Shown: positions 32,019 through 44,100 of the stretch, in pieces
Layout: every line of letters begins with the position of its first letter
Position numbering within the stretch: position 1 is the stretch's first letter
DNA from: Microcoleus sp.
GTDB taxonomy: Bacteria; Cyanobacteriota; Cyanobacteriia; Cyanobacteriales; Microcoleaceae
Length of the DNA stretch: 64,000 bases
Assembly (NCBI GenBank): GCA_042408215.1
Contig: JAYFMW010000020.1
Span: 256,001-320,000 of the forward strand
Reading direction: 5' to 3'
The notes under the pieces: generated by a model
The model's database searches: none
What the model was told of the DNA's origin: nothing
Seen by the model: the letters and a program-made list of their open reading frames with translations, nothing else
Translations under genes and position numbers: made by a program

Positions 32019-32402
32019 CTACAAATTAGCTGTTTCCCGCGATAACTTTGATTCCTCAATCATCGATTCCGACTCACCACCCAAATCACCATCTTCGACA
32101 GTAATTCCTAATTTAAAACCCAACGCTTCGAGCAACTCTACAAAACAGTAAATTTCCGAACCTGAACTTGCTGTTAACATTTTATCAAGCCTTTCATGAT
32201 ATTGCTTAGCCGAATCCGAAAGAGCATTCATCCTGATTCGAGCCTCAATTACCTTTCTAATTGCATTTCTGAGCAATTCAGGTTCAGCATCTTTCTCTTC
32301 CAAGATAGCCTCAAGATACCCAGCAGATTCTTCCGGCTCTTTCAGAGATTCAATGAGGTACTCGCGGTAGCTATCACTCCTAGGCATTTTCACATTGTTC
32401 AT
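32019..32402 (-). CDS. Addiction-module antitoxin, copy 2
   Basis: SYREYLIESLKEPEESAGYLEAILEE...LLEALG; overlaps the 3' end of the toxin gene. Confidence 0.8.
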   Translation of the reverse strand: MNNVKMPRSDSYREYLIESLKEPEESAGYLEAILEEKDAEPELLRNAIRKVIEARIRMNALSDSAKQYHERLDKMLTASSGSEIYCFVELLEALGFKLGITVEDGDLGGESESMIEESKLSRETANL

Positions 32403-32718
32403 AATCTTTCCAGTATTCTATAGCTTGTTGAATGTTTTGTGCTTGGGTGCTTTTATCCCCAGCTATGAGGATTACCACAATTGTCAAACCAACTTGTCCG
32501 AAATAGACGCGGTAGCCTGGGCCATAATTAATTCTGAGTTCAAAAACTCCTTCTCCCACCGACTTAAAATCTCCGAGATTACCTTGCTCAACTCGGTCAA
32601 GCCTAGACTTGATTCTAAATCTAACATTCCGATCGCGCAGGGAATCAAGCCACTCAGTAAATGGCGCTCTACCCTCTGCTGTAGTGTAACGTCGAATTTC
32701 CCTGGGTTGTACTTCCAT
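32380..32718 (-). CDS. RelE/HigB-like addiction-module toxin, copy 2
   Basis: GNLGDFKSVGEGVFELRINYGPGYRVYF...GDKSTQ. Confidence 0.88.
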   Translation of the reverse strand: MEVQPREIRRYTTAEGRAPFTEWLDSLRDRNVRFRIKSRLDRVEQGNLGDFKSVGEGVFELRINYGPGYRVYFGQVGLTIVVILIAGDKSTQAQNIQQAIEYWKDYEQCENA

Positions 32719-32743
32719 AATTTTATCACAGTCGATCGGCAAT

Positions 32744-33100
32744 TTATATCATAGGGCGATTAAGAGTACATTCAGCAGGCAACTCACTATCTTCCACAGT
32801 AATCCCTAATTTAAAACCCAACGCTTCGAGCAACTCTACAAAACAGTAAATTTCCGAACCAGAACTTACTGTTAACATTTTGTCAAGTCTTTCATGATAC
32901 TTTTTAGCCGAATCCGAAAGAGCATTCATCCTGATTCGAGCCTCAATTACCTTTCTAATTGCATTTCTGAGCAATTCAGGTTCAGCATCTTTCTCTTCCA
33001 AGATAGCCCCGATAAAATCACCAGCGTGTTCCGCATCTTTCAGAGATTCAATGAGAGACTCGCGGTAGCTATCGCTGGTAGGCATTTTCAGTTGTTTCAT
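32744..33100 (-). CDS. Addiction-module antitoxin, copy 1
   Basis: Near-identical to copy 2 over its C-terminal two thirds. Confidence 0.8.
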   Translation of the reverse strand: MKQLKMPTSDSYRESLIESLKDAEHAGDFIGAILEEKDAEPELLRNAIRKVIEARIRMNALSDSAKKYHERLDKMLTVSSGSEIYCFVELLEALGFKLGITVEDSELPAECTLNRPMI

Positions 33101-33416
33101 AGTCAGTCGAATACTCCTTCGCTTTGAGAATATCTTGTTCTTGGGTACTTTTATCCCCACCACAGAGCAGAAGCACAATTGTCGTTCCTACTTGTCTAAA
33201 ATAGATCCGGTAGCCAGGGCCGTAATTAATCCTGAGTTCATAGACACCATCTCCCACTGACTTATAATCCCCGAAATTACCGAGACTAACTCGCTCAAGC
33301 CTTGCATCAATCTTAACTTGGGCCTTACCATCTCGTAGAGCATAGTACCACTCTAAGAAAGGAATCCTGCCATCGGGTCGGATATAACGTCGAATTTCCC
33401 TGGCTTGTACTTCCAT
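33069..33416 (-). CDS. RelE/HigB-like addiction-module toxin, copy 1
   Basis: GNFGDYKSVGDGVYELRINYGPGYRIYF...LLCGGDKSTQ. Confidence 0.88.
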   Translation of the reverse strand: MEVQAREIRRYIRPDGRIPFLEWYYALRDGKAQVKIDARLERVSLGNFGDYKSVGDGVYELRINYGPGYRIYFRQVGTTIVLLLCGGDKSTQEQDILKAKEYSTDYETTENAYQR

Positions 33417-33652
33417 AATTTTATCGCAGTCGATCGCCAATTTCTATAATAGGGCGATTAGGAGTACATTCAGCAGGCAACTAACTATCGTAGTCAGAAC
33501 ACGATATAATTCAATTGAAACCGGGGAATGTCCGATCGAGCCACCAGAGAATCAATTCCCGTAGGGGCGGGTTCACCAACAATTTAAAATCCTGCAAACA
33601 ATCTAAATAAACCCGCCCCCACCCACAGAAAATCTCCAAACACCAAACTACT

Positions 33653-34021
33653 ATGAGTACATCAAAACCCAAAAACTCCGATACAAATAATCAATCAGGA
33701 AAACGAGTAGTTTACTCCGAATTTGGCAACATAGACAACTCCGCCGCCCTCCAACGAGGCATACAAGAAATCCCCCCAAATCAACAAAACCTCAAAATCG
33801 AAGCATCCCGAAAAGGACGCGGCGGCAAAACAGTTACAGTCATCAGCGGCTTTCAGGGAAAACCCGAAACATTAGCAACTTTAGCAAAACAGCTAAAAGC
33901 CCAATGCGGTACTGGCGGCACTGTCAAAGATCGTGAAATCGAAATTCAAGGCGAACACAAGCAAAAACTCCTCGAAATTATCACAAAATTAGGCTACAAA
34001 GCTAAAATTAGTGGAGGGTAA
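33653..34021 (+). CDS. yciH: SUI1/YciH translation initiation factor homologue
   Basis: KGRGGKTVT, LKAQCGTGG, IEIQGE. Confidence 0.9.
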   Translation: MSTSKPKNSDTNNQSGKRVVYSEFGNIDNSAALQRGIQEIPPNQQNLKIEASRKGRGGKTVTVISGFQGKPETLATLAKQLKAQCGTGGTVKDREIEIQGEHKQKLLEIITKLGYKAKISGG

Positions 34022-34155
34022 ATTAGTAGGGCGGGGCGGGTTTATGAGATACTTATTTTTCAACATAGATGGTTGGTAAAATCCGCCCCTACATCGCGCA
34101 AATCATACAAAAACCAATCCACCGGAAATGATCTTACCAATTACCGCCGAGTTTA

Positions 34156-34749
34156 ATGTACACTAGACCTTTAGCCCGTTTAATCGAACAATTGCAGCGC
34201 TTACCAGGCATCGGCCCAAAAAGTGCCCAGCGACTCGCTTTGCATATTTTAAAACGACCGGAGGAAGAGGTGCAAGCCCTCGCTCGCTCCTTGGTTGATG
34301 CCAAACAGCAAGTAGGTTTTTGTCAGGTATGTTTTCACTTATCCGCTGAACCTGTTTGCGAAATTTGCCGCAATCCTAACCGCGACGATTCTACTATTTG
34401 TGTAGTATCAGACTCCCGCGATGTTATTGCGTTGGAAAAAACGCGGGAATACAGAGGCAAATATCATGTTATCGGTGGTGTTATCTCGCCGATGGATGGC
34501 ATTGGCCCGGAACAATTGAACATTCAACAATTAGTGCGGCGTGTCAGTCAGCAAAAGATTGAAGAGGTAATTATTGCTATTAGTCCGAGTGTGGAAGGTG
34601 AGACTACTACCCTTTATGTTGGCCGCTTATTGAAACCTTTTACGCGGGTGACGCGAATTGCTTTTGGTTTACCGATGGGGGGAGATTTGGAATATGCTGA
34701 TGAGGTGACTTTGGCTCGCGCTTTGGAGGGAAGGAGGGAGTTGGATTAG
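34156..34749 (+). CDS. recR: Recombination mediator RecR
   Basis: [11 protein letters not shown]hH, C4 zinc finger, Toprim, LEYADEVTL. Confidence 0.97.
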   Translation: MYTRPLARLIEQLQRLPGIGPKSAQRLALHILKRPEEEVQALARSLVDAKQQVGFCQVCFHLSAEPVCEICRNPNRDDSTICVVSDSRDVIALEKTREYRGKYHVIGGVISPMDGIGPEQLNIQQLVRRVSQQKIEEVIIAISPSVEGETTTLYVGRLLKPFTRVTRIAFGLPMGGDLEYADEVTLARALEGRRELD

Positions 34750-34862
34750 TTTTGTGATATTATTCGGCGGTTGAAACCGCGTCTACACAAACGAAGTCCG
34801 CCTCCGCGGACTAGGAACAGATAAAAAGTTAAATTAAGCAAAGTTACCGAGAGTGAAAAATC

Positions 34863-36959
34863 ATGGCTACATTCGATCGCCCTTTAACCTACCCCACAAC
34901 GCGCAAAATCGACCAAACCGACGATTACCACGGTGTCCCAGTATCTGACCCCTACAGGTGGCTGGAGGACCCCGACTCTGAGGAAACCCAAGCTTGGGTG
35001 GAAGCCCAAAACCAAGTCACTTTTGGCTACCTCAAGGAAATTCCGGCGCGGGAAAAAATCAAACAGCGACTGACTCAGCTTTGGGATTACGAGAAATATG
35101 GTATACCTTTCAAAGAAGGCGATCGATATTTCTACTACAAGAACGACGGTCTACAAAACCAATCCATACTCTACACTTTAACATCCCTCGATGGCGAACC
35201 GAAAGTATTAATTGACCCCAACACTCTCTCGGAAGATGGCACCGTTGCTTTGGGTGGTATCGCTATTAGCGAAGATGGCAAACTTATGGCCTATGGTTTG
35301 TCAACTTCTGGCTCGGATTGGCAAGAATGGAAAGTCCGTGATGTCGAAACAGGCGCAGATTTATCTGACCATTTAAAGTGGCTCAAATTTTCGGGAGCAT
35401 CTTGGACTCACGACGGGAAAGGCTTTTTTTATAGTCGCTACGACGAACCTAATGAAAAAAGCAAACATGAAGATGTTAACTATTACCAAAAACTGTTTTA
35501 CCATAAGCTAGGCACTCCCCAATCGGAAGATGTCTTAATTTACGATCGCCCTGACCAAAAGGAATGGGGATTTAGTGGTGGCGTTACCGAAGATGGCAAG
35601 TATCTAATTATATCAGTTTGGCTGGGAACTGAAACAAAAAACCTGATTTTCTACAAGGATTTAACCGCACCAGAATCCCCAGTCGTAGAACTAATTAGCG
35701 AATTCGAGGCCGAATACAGCTTTATCGACAATGAAGGCTCTCTTTTCTGGTTTAAAACAGATTTGAATGCACCCCTAGGCCGCATAATTGCGATCGACAC
35801 CAACAACCCCCCTGTATCATCTCTCAGCAGCGCACAAAGTCAAGGGAAATTTACAGAAATTATCCCCGAAGCAGCCGAAACCCTTGGAGGAATTGGCATC
35901 CTCAACAATCAATTTGTCACTTCCTACCTAAAAGATGCCTACACCCAAATTAAAATCTTCAATTTAGATGGCTCTTTCGCGCGACAAATAGCTTTACCCG
36001 GAATCGGTTCGGCGGGAGGATTTGGCGGTAAGCGGCACGAAACCGAAACTTTTTATGCTTATACCAGTTTTACCACGCCTAATACCATTTACAGCTACAA
36101 TATGCTGACAGATGAAAGCAAAATTTATCGCCAGCCCAAGGTAGATTTTAACCCGGATGATTACGAGACAAAACAGGTATTTTATCCCAGCAAAGACGGC
36201 ACGCAAGTACCGATGTTTATTACTCACAAAAAAGGTTTGCAGCTAGATGGTAATAATCCCACATACCTTTATGCTTACGGCGGTTTTGGCATATCCCTAA
36301 CTCCGAGTTTTTCTGTTAGCAGAGTCGTCTGGCTGGAGATGGGTGGAGTTTATGCGATCGCCTGTTTGCGGGGTGGCGGCGAATACGGCGAAGCATGGCA
36401 CCAAGCAGGGACAAAGTTAAACAAGCAAAATGTGTTTGATGACTTTATTGCTGGTGCTGAATGGTTGATAGCAAACAAATACACTCAGCCAGCAAAATTG
36501 GCGATCGCAGGTGGTAGTAATGGCGGCTTATTGGTGGGAGCCTGCATGACTCAGCGGCCGGAATTATTCGGTGCAGCATTGCCGGCTGTCGGTGTTATGG
36601 ATATGTTGCGCTTTCATAAGTTTACCATTGGTTGGGCCTGGACTTCTGAATACGGTTCCCCTGAAAATGCCGAAGAATTTAAAACAATTTACGGCTATTC
36701 TCCCTTGCACAATCTCAAATCGGGTACGGCTTATCCAGCTACAATGATTACAACTGCGGATCATGACGATCGGGTTGTTCCGGCTCATAGTTTCAAGTTT
36801 GCTTCTGCTTTGCAAGAAATGCACGGGGGAGAAAAACCGGTGTTAATTCGCATTGAAACTAAAGCGGGTCATGGTGCTGGAAAACCTACTGCTAAAATCA
36901 TTGAAGAATTGGCTGATGAATGGGCTTTTTTAGTGCGGGAACTCGATATTAACGCTTAG
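34863..36959 (+). CDS. Prolyl oligopeptidase (S9A)
   Basis: DPYRWLED, catalytic GGSNGG, DDRV, AGHG. Confidence 0.95.
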   Translation: MATFDRPLTYPTTRKIDQTDDYHGVPVSDPYRWLEDPDSEETQAWVEAQNQVTFGYLKEIPAREKIKQRLTQLWDYEKYGIPFKEGDRYFYYKNDGLQNQSILYTLTSLDGEPKVLIDPNTLSEDGTVALGGIAISEDGKLMAYGLSTSGSDWQEWKVRDVETGADLSDHLKWLKFSGASWTHDGKGFFYSRYDEPNEKSKHEDVNYYQKLFYHKLGTPQSEDVLIYDRPDQKEWGFSGGVTEDGKYLIISVWLGTETKNLIFYKDLTAPESPVVELISEFEAEYSFIDNEGSLFWFKTDLNAPLGRIIAIDTNNPPVSSLSSAQSQGKFTEIIPEAAETLGGIGILNNQFVTSYLKDAYTQIKIFNLDGSFARQIALPGIGSAGGFGGKRHETETFYAYTSFTTPNTIYSYNMLTDESKIYRQPKVDFNPDDYETKQVFYPSKDGTQVPMFITHKKGLQLDGNNPTYLYAYGGFGISLTPSFSVSRVVWLEMGGVYAIACLRGGGEYGEAWHQAGTKLNKQNVFDDFIAGAEWLIANKYTQPAKLAIAGGSNGGLLVGACMTQRPELFGAALPAVGVMDMLRFHKFTIGWAWTSEYGSPENAEEFKTIYGYSPLHNLKSGTAYPATMITTADHDDRVVPAHSFKFASALQEMHGGEKPVLIRIETKAGHGAGKPTAKIIEELADEWAFLVRELDINA

Positions 36960-37002
36960 ACAGCACGCGCTTGAGGGTGCGATCGACTTATCGTTCAATC
37001 CT

Positions 37003-37559
37003 CCTAGGGACACGGCTCTTGGCGTGTCCCTACTTATCGTTCAATCCTCCTAGGGACACGGCAATGCCCATAGGTGTCAACTTAACGTTAAACCCAGTCA
37101 CAGATTGCTGTTTGACCATTAAGCCTAGATCCCCCCTAGCCCCCCTTAAGAAGGGGGGGACAGGAAGCCTCTTTAAGTCCCCCTTCTTAAGGGGGATTTA
37201 GGGGGATCTAGACTTAGGTAAAAGCGAGAGATACCAAGGGTTTCAGGCTTAAGTTGACACCAATGGGCTCCTGGAGTGTCCCTACTTATCGTTCAATCCT
37301 CGTAGGGACACGGCAATGCCCATAGGTGTCAACTTAACGTTAAACCCAGTCACAGATTGCTGTTTGACCATTAAGCCTAGATCCCCCCTAGCCCCCCTTA
37401 AGAAGGGGGGGATAAGAGTTCGATCAAAGTCAACCCCTACTCACACCCTACTCCCTTCTTAAGGGGGATTTAGGGGGATCTAGACTTGGCTATGAACGAG
37501 AGATACCAAGGCTTTCAGGCTTAAGTTGACACCAATAGGCACGCGCTTAGTGTCCCTAC
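37003..37559. mobile_element. Two tandem composite MITEs (REP > GGTGTCAACTTAA TIR > CCCCCTTAAGAAGGGGG hairpins)
   Basis: TIRs at 37069/37265 and 37321/37536, each inside a TAGGGACAC...GTGTCCCTAC palindrome. Confidence 0.8.
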
Positions 37560-38169
37560 CGTGTTTCATAACAGCGGGAACTGCTGTAAAAAGATGGTGT
37601 AAAGGGCGATCGCACTTGTTGAATGCAAGGGCGATCGCTCTTTTTTGTCAATGCAATCCTACTCGTAACATATTTATACAATTTGTCAAGTTTTTATTTT
37701 GTTAATTTTTGTCACTTTTAGTTGCCCTTGTGACATTGTTGTGATTTCGCTTCACGCCAAATTATTAGTATCAGTATCACTCTCTGTGATTTTGAGGAAA
37801 TCGATATTTTCAGTATATTTACAGTTAAAACTGTCTGAGCGAGCCTCAATGTGAGCCGAATCAGAACAGTAGTACGAGGGCTATGACCCCATGTTCCTTA
37901 GAAATACCTAAGTAATTTATGATAGAACTTGCGACTGGAAATTATATCATTTTCCCCAATCAGAGAGTGTATCATCGAATACAAAGCCCCTCGTCGCTTA
38001 TTCATCTAGGAGTTGCAGCGATCTGCCACATATCTATATCCCAGGGCGATCGCAGCAATTCCTGTCTAATTATTGCCTCAGATCGCAAATGATAAATATA
38101 CGCAATTATTATTTTAATTTTACAGATATAATTAAACAAAAATTTATCTTCTAATGTTGATCGACATTT

Positions 38170-41100
38170 ATGATCAAAAGGGTTAGCTTAAACCTAGTCA
38201 CTAAATTCACCACCAAAACCAAAAATAACCCCAATCTGTCTCATATGTCAGCCGTAAAAACACGTAAATATATCAATATGGCCACTACAACCTTGAGAGG
38301 AGCCGGTTCTAAAGTAGAGACCGCTCACCCAAAAAACCTAGCGATTGTTGACTCAAAAGTAGAAAACTACGAGCAGTTGGTTAGGGGAGTTAAACGTGGT
38401 ACAGAAGTAATCCTGCTGGATCCAGCCCGGGATGGAATAGAGCAAATCACCGAAATTTTGGGCGATCGCAGCGGCATCGACAGCATTCACATAGTCTCTC
38501 ACGGCGCACTAGCAGCACTACAACTAGGCTCAACAGAGCTCAATATTCACAACCTAGACACCTACAGCAGCCAATTGCAGCAGTGGGGAAAATCACTTAG
38601 CGAATCCGCCAGCATTCTACTTTATGGCTGTAACATAGCCGCCGGCGAATCTGGTCTGAAATTTGTACAAAAAATCTGGGAATTAACCGGCGCAAATATT
38701 GCCGCTTCCAACAACCTCACAGGAAGTGCAGCATTAGGAGGCGACTGGGAATTAGAAATTGCGATCGGACAAATCAATGGGGAATTAGCCTTTGAAAAAG
38801 AAGTCCTAGAAGGCTACCCATCAGTCCTAGCTACCTTAGTAACTGAAGACTTTAAACAAACAACAGTAATCGGGCCTTGGATCTATGGAACTGCTGGTAC
38901 TTCTGCTAACCCAGGCTTAACCGCAGGTGCCGCGAACAACCCCAACGGCGTTATTCCCAATTTAGGGACTGGCGATCCAGCCGGATCAGGCGCTTTGAGA
39001 TTAACATCAAACACCAAGAGCCAAGCAGCTTTTGTCCTCTACAACAACCCCATCTCTAGCACTGATGGTCTGAGAGTTACCTTTGATTTCTTTTCTTATA
39101 ACATAAGTGCGGACTCTAGTAATAACTTGGGTGCGGATGGCACAAGTTTTTTCCTCATTGACGGAACAGCTACACCAACAAAAGCGGGAGGTTTTGGCGG
39201 CTCTCTTGGCTATGCTCCAAATAATAATACTGCTCAAACTCTCTCTTCAACCGGTATTTCAGGAGGTTATTTAGGTGTCGGGTTAGATGAGTTTGGCGCT
39301 TTTTCTGTCTCTCAACCAGGAACGGGAGGGCGTGTGGGCGGAGACCTGGCGAAACCTGATTCAGTAGCAGTTAGAGGCCGTGAAAGCACAAGTTATAATT
39401 TTTTAACTACAGCTTCTGTTCCCGGTGGGATAGATAATAAAACAAATAACATAAATACAACCATTCGCAGTGATGCTAAAAGAAGCGTCCAAATTACATT
39501 ATTCCCGGCGACTTCAGCAACACCTAACCGTCTCACCGTTGCTGTAAACTTGAACAACAACTTCGACTCGAACAAAAACCCAATATTCGATCCGGGCGAA
39601 ACACTGATCGATATACCAAATTTGGCAACCACAAACGGAGCCGTACCATCTACTTTTAAATTTGGCTTTGCTGCTTCGACAGGCCCAAGTACAAACATTC
39701 ACGAACTTAACAATCTCCTAGTCGAAACTGTAGACACGCCTACACTCACAGCCGACGTTTCCATTGTTAAAAAAGGCCCGCAGGTTGCCGCACTCGGCAG
39801 CACGATTACCTACACTATTGCTGCCACTAATATAGAACTGAGTACCAGCGACGCGAAAGATGTCCTAATTCAAGATATCCTGCCCCCAGGCTTAACAGGA
39901 GTCAGCGTATCCGACGGCGGTACATACAACACTTTAACGCGGACTGTCTCCTGGCCAGTGATTCCGACTCTGGCCAGCGGTGGTAGCGTCACTTACACCA
40001 TCACCGCTATAGCTCCCGCAACACCCACCACCATAACTAACGTCGCTTATAGCAATTCCAGCACTTTCGATCCCGTTCCTGCGAACAACAATAGTTCGCT
40101 ACCAACATCTAAAGCTATAACTACAATAACTGCTGTTGCCGACCTCGCTACCACCAAAACCGGGCCAGCAACGGAAACTGCGGGTAGGACTGTTAGTTAT
40201 ACAATTTCCACAGTCAACAACGGGCCAAACACCGCAGAGAATGTCACAATTACTGACAGCATCATTCCCGATTTAACAATAGTTAGCATATCCGACGGCG
40301 GTACATACAACAACGGGATTGTCACTTTTCCGGCTGTCACCTTAACCGACAAACAGACTGTCAACCGCACCATCAGCTTCATCGCACCCGCAGGTGTCAC
40401 CGTTAGCAACACCGCCAGCAGTAAATCGAGTGCTTTAGACTTAACTCCCAGCAATGACGCTGCTACATTCACCACCACTCTGACACCCAGTGCCGACCTC
40501 GCTACCACCAAAACCGGGCCAGCAACGGAAACTGCGGGTAGGACTGTTAGTTATACAATCACGACACGAAACAACGGGCCAAGCACAGCCGAAAACGTCA
40601 CAATTACTGACAGCATCATTCCCGATTTAACAATAGTTAGCATATCCGACGGCGGTACATACAACAGCGGGACAGGAATAGTCACCTTCCCTCCTGTCAC
40701 CCTAACCAATACAGCCAGCACCACCCGCACCATCAGCTTCATTGCACCCGCAGGTGTCACCGTTAGCAACACCGCCAGCAGTAAATCGAGTGCTTTAGAC
40801 TTAACTCCCAGCAATGACGCTGCTACATTCACCACGACTCTGACACCCAGTGCCGACCTCGCTACCACCAAAACCGGGCCAGCAACGGAAACTGCGGGTA
40901 GGACTGTTAGTTATACAATCACGACACGAAACAACGGGCCAAGCACAGCCGAAAACGTCACAATTACTGACAGCATCATTCCCGATTTAACAATAGTTAG
41001 CATATCCGACGGCGGTACATACAACAGCGGGACAGGAATAGTCACCTTCCCTCCTGTCACCCTAACCAATACAGCCAGCACCACCCGCACCATCAGCTTC

Positions 41101-44100
41101 ATTGCACCCGCAGGTGTCACCGTTAGCAACACCGCCAGCAGTAAATCGAGTGCTTTAGACTTAACTCCCAGCAATGACGCTGCTACATTCACCACGACTC
41201 TGACACCGACACCAACTCCAACACCAACTCCTCCGACACCAACTCCAACACCAACTCCGACACCAACTCCTCCGACACCAACTCCGACACCAACTCCAAC
41301 ACCAACTCCTCCGACACCAACTCCAACACCAACTCCTCCGACACCAACTCCAACACCAACTCCTCCGACACCGACGCCAACTCCGGTCAACCAACCGCCA
41401 GTCACCAACAATGCCAATCTGGCGATCGCGCCCAATAGCAGCGTCCCACTCCCCGGATTGGGAGGAACCGACCCCGACGGCTCCATCGCCTCTTATACAA
41501 TCAACACCCTACCAACCGCAGCCCAAGGAGTCCTATTCTTAGGCAACCCAGCCCAAGGCGGAGTCGCTGTCACCCCCGGTCAAGTCCTGACTCCTGCACA
41601 GATTCAGCAGTTATTTTTCCAGTCCACAGGTACGTTCACCGGAGCCAACTTCAAGTACACCGCTACTGATGACAAAGGTCTCAGCAGTCCTGCATCTGCT
41701 ACTGTATCGGCCTTGCAGCCCGGAGTCAACCAACCGCCGGTGGCGAACAATGTCAATCTGGCGATCGCACCCAATAGCAGCGTCCCACTCACCGGACTCG
41801 GAGGAACCGACCCCGACGGGACGATCGCCTCTTATACAATCGATACTCTGCCAACCGCAGCCCAAGGAGTCCTATTCTTAGGCGACCCAGCCCAAGGCGG
41901 AGTCGCAATCACCCCCGGTCAAGAGCTGACTCCTGCACAAATTAGCCAGTTATTTTTCCAGTCAACAGGTGCGTTCACCGGAGCCAACTTCAACTACAGC
42001 GCTACTGATGACAAAGGTCTCAGCAGTCCTGCGCCTGCGACTATAGCTGCGCTCCTCGCCCCCGCCCCAACACCGACACCAACACCAGCGCCAACTCCGC
42101 TCAACCAACCGCCAGTCACCAACAATGCCAATCTAGCGATCGCGCCCAATAGCAGCGTCCCACTCCCCGGATTGGGAGGAACCGACCCCGACGGCTCCAT
42201 CGCCTCTTATACAATCAACACCCTACCAACCGCAGCCCAAGGAGTCCTATTTTTAGGCGACCCAGCCCAAGGCGGAGTCGCTGTCACCCCCGGTCAAGTC
42301 CTGACTCCTGCACAGATTCAGCAGTTATTTTTCCAGTCCACAGGTACGTTCACCGGAGCCAACTTCAACTACACCGCTACTGATGACAAAGGTCTCAGCA
42401 GTCCTGCATCTGCGACTGTATCGGCCTTGCAGCCCGGAGTCAACCAACCGCCGGTGGCTAACAATGTCAATACGCCGATCGCCCCCAATAGCAGCGTCCC
42501 ACTCACCGGACTCGGAGGAACCGACCCCGACGGGACGATCGCCTCTTATACAATAGATACTCTACCACCCGCAGCCCAAGGAGTCCTATTCTTAGGCGAC
42601 CCAGCCCAAGGCGGAGTCGCTGTCACCCCCGGTCGAGTGCTGACTCCTGCACAGATTAGCCAGTTATTTTTCAAGTCCACAGATGCGTTCACCGGAGCCA
42701 ACTTCAACTACAGCGCTACTGATGACAAAGGTCTCAGCAGTCCTGCGCCTGCGACTATAGCTGCGCTCCTCGCCCCCGCCCCAACACCGACACCAACACC
42801 AGCGCCAACTCCGCTCAACCAACCGCCAGTCACCAACAATGCCAATCTAGCGATCGCGCCCAATAGCAGCGTCCCACTCCCCGGATTGGGAGGAACCGAC
42901 CCCGACGGCTCCATCGCCTCTTATACAATCAACACCCTACCAACCGCAGCCCAAGGAGTCCTATTTTTAGGCGACCCAGCCCAAGGCGGAGTCGCTGTCA
43001 CCCCCGGTCAAGTCCTGACTCCTGCACAGATTCAGCAGTTATTTTTCCAGTCCACAGGTACGTTCACCGGAGCCAACTTCAACTACACCGCTACTGATGA
43101 CAAAGGTCTCAGCAGTCCTGCATCTGCGACTGTATCGGCCTTGCAGCCCGGAGTCAACCAACCGCCGGTGGCTAACAATGTCAATACGCCGATCGCCCCC
43201 AATAGCAGCGTCCCACTCACCGGACTCGGAGGAACCGACCCCGACGGGACGATCGCCTCTTATACAATCGATACTCTGCCAACCGCAGCCCAAGGAGTCC
43301 TATTCTTAGGCGACCCAGCCCAAGGCGGAGTCGCAATCACCCCCGGTCAAGAGCTGACTCCTGCACAAATTAGCCAGTTATTTTTCCAGTCAACAGGTGC
43401 GTTCACCGGAGCCAACTTCAACTACAGCGCTACTGATGACAAAGGTCTCAGCAGTCCTGCGCCTGCGACTATAGCTGCGCTCCTCGCCCCCGCCCCAACA
43501 CCGACACCAACACCAGCGCCAACTCCGCTCAACCAACCGCCAGTCACCAACAATGCCAATCTAGCGATCGCGCCCAATAGCAGCGTCCCACTCCCCGGAT
43601 TGGGAGGAACCGACCCCGACGGCTCCATCGCCTCTTATACAATCAACACCCTACCAACCGCAGCCCAAGGAGTCCTATTTTTAGGCGACCCAGCCCAAGG
43701 CGGAGTCGCTGTCACCCCCGGTCAAGTCCTGACTCCTGCACAGATTCAGCAGTTATTTTTCCAGTCCACAGGTACGTTCACCGGAGCCAACTTCAACTAC
43801 ACCGCTACTGATGACAAAGGTCTCAGCAGTCCTGCATCTGCGACTGTATCGGCCTTGCAGCCCGGAGTCAACCAACCGCCGGTGGCTAACAATGTCAATA
43901 CGCCGATCGCCCCCAATAGCAGCGTCCCACTCACCGGACTCGGAGGAACCGACCCCGACGGGACGATCGCCTCTTATACAATAGATACTCTACCACCCGC
44001 AGCCCAAGGAGTCCTATTCTTAGGCGACCCAGCCCAAGGCGGAGTCGCTGTCACCCCCGGTCGAGTGCTGACTCCTGCACAGATTAGCCAGTTATTTTTC

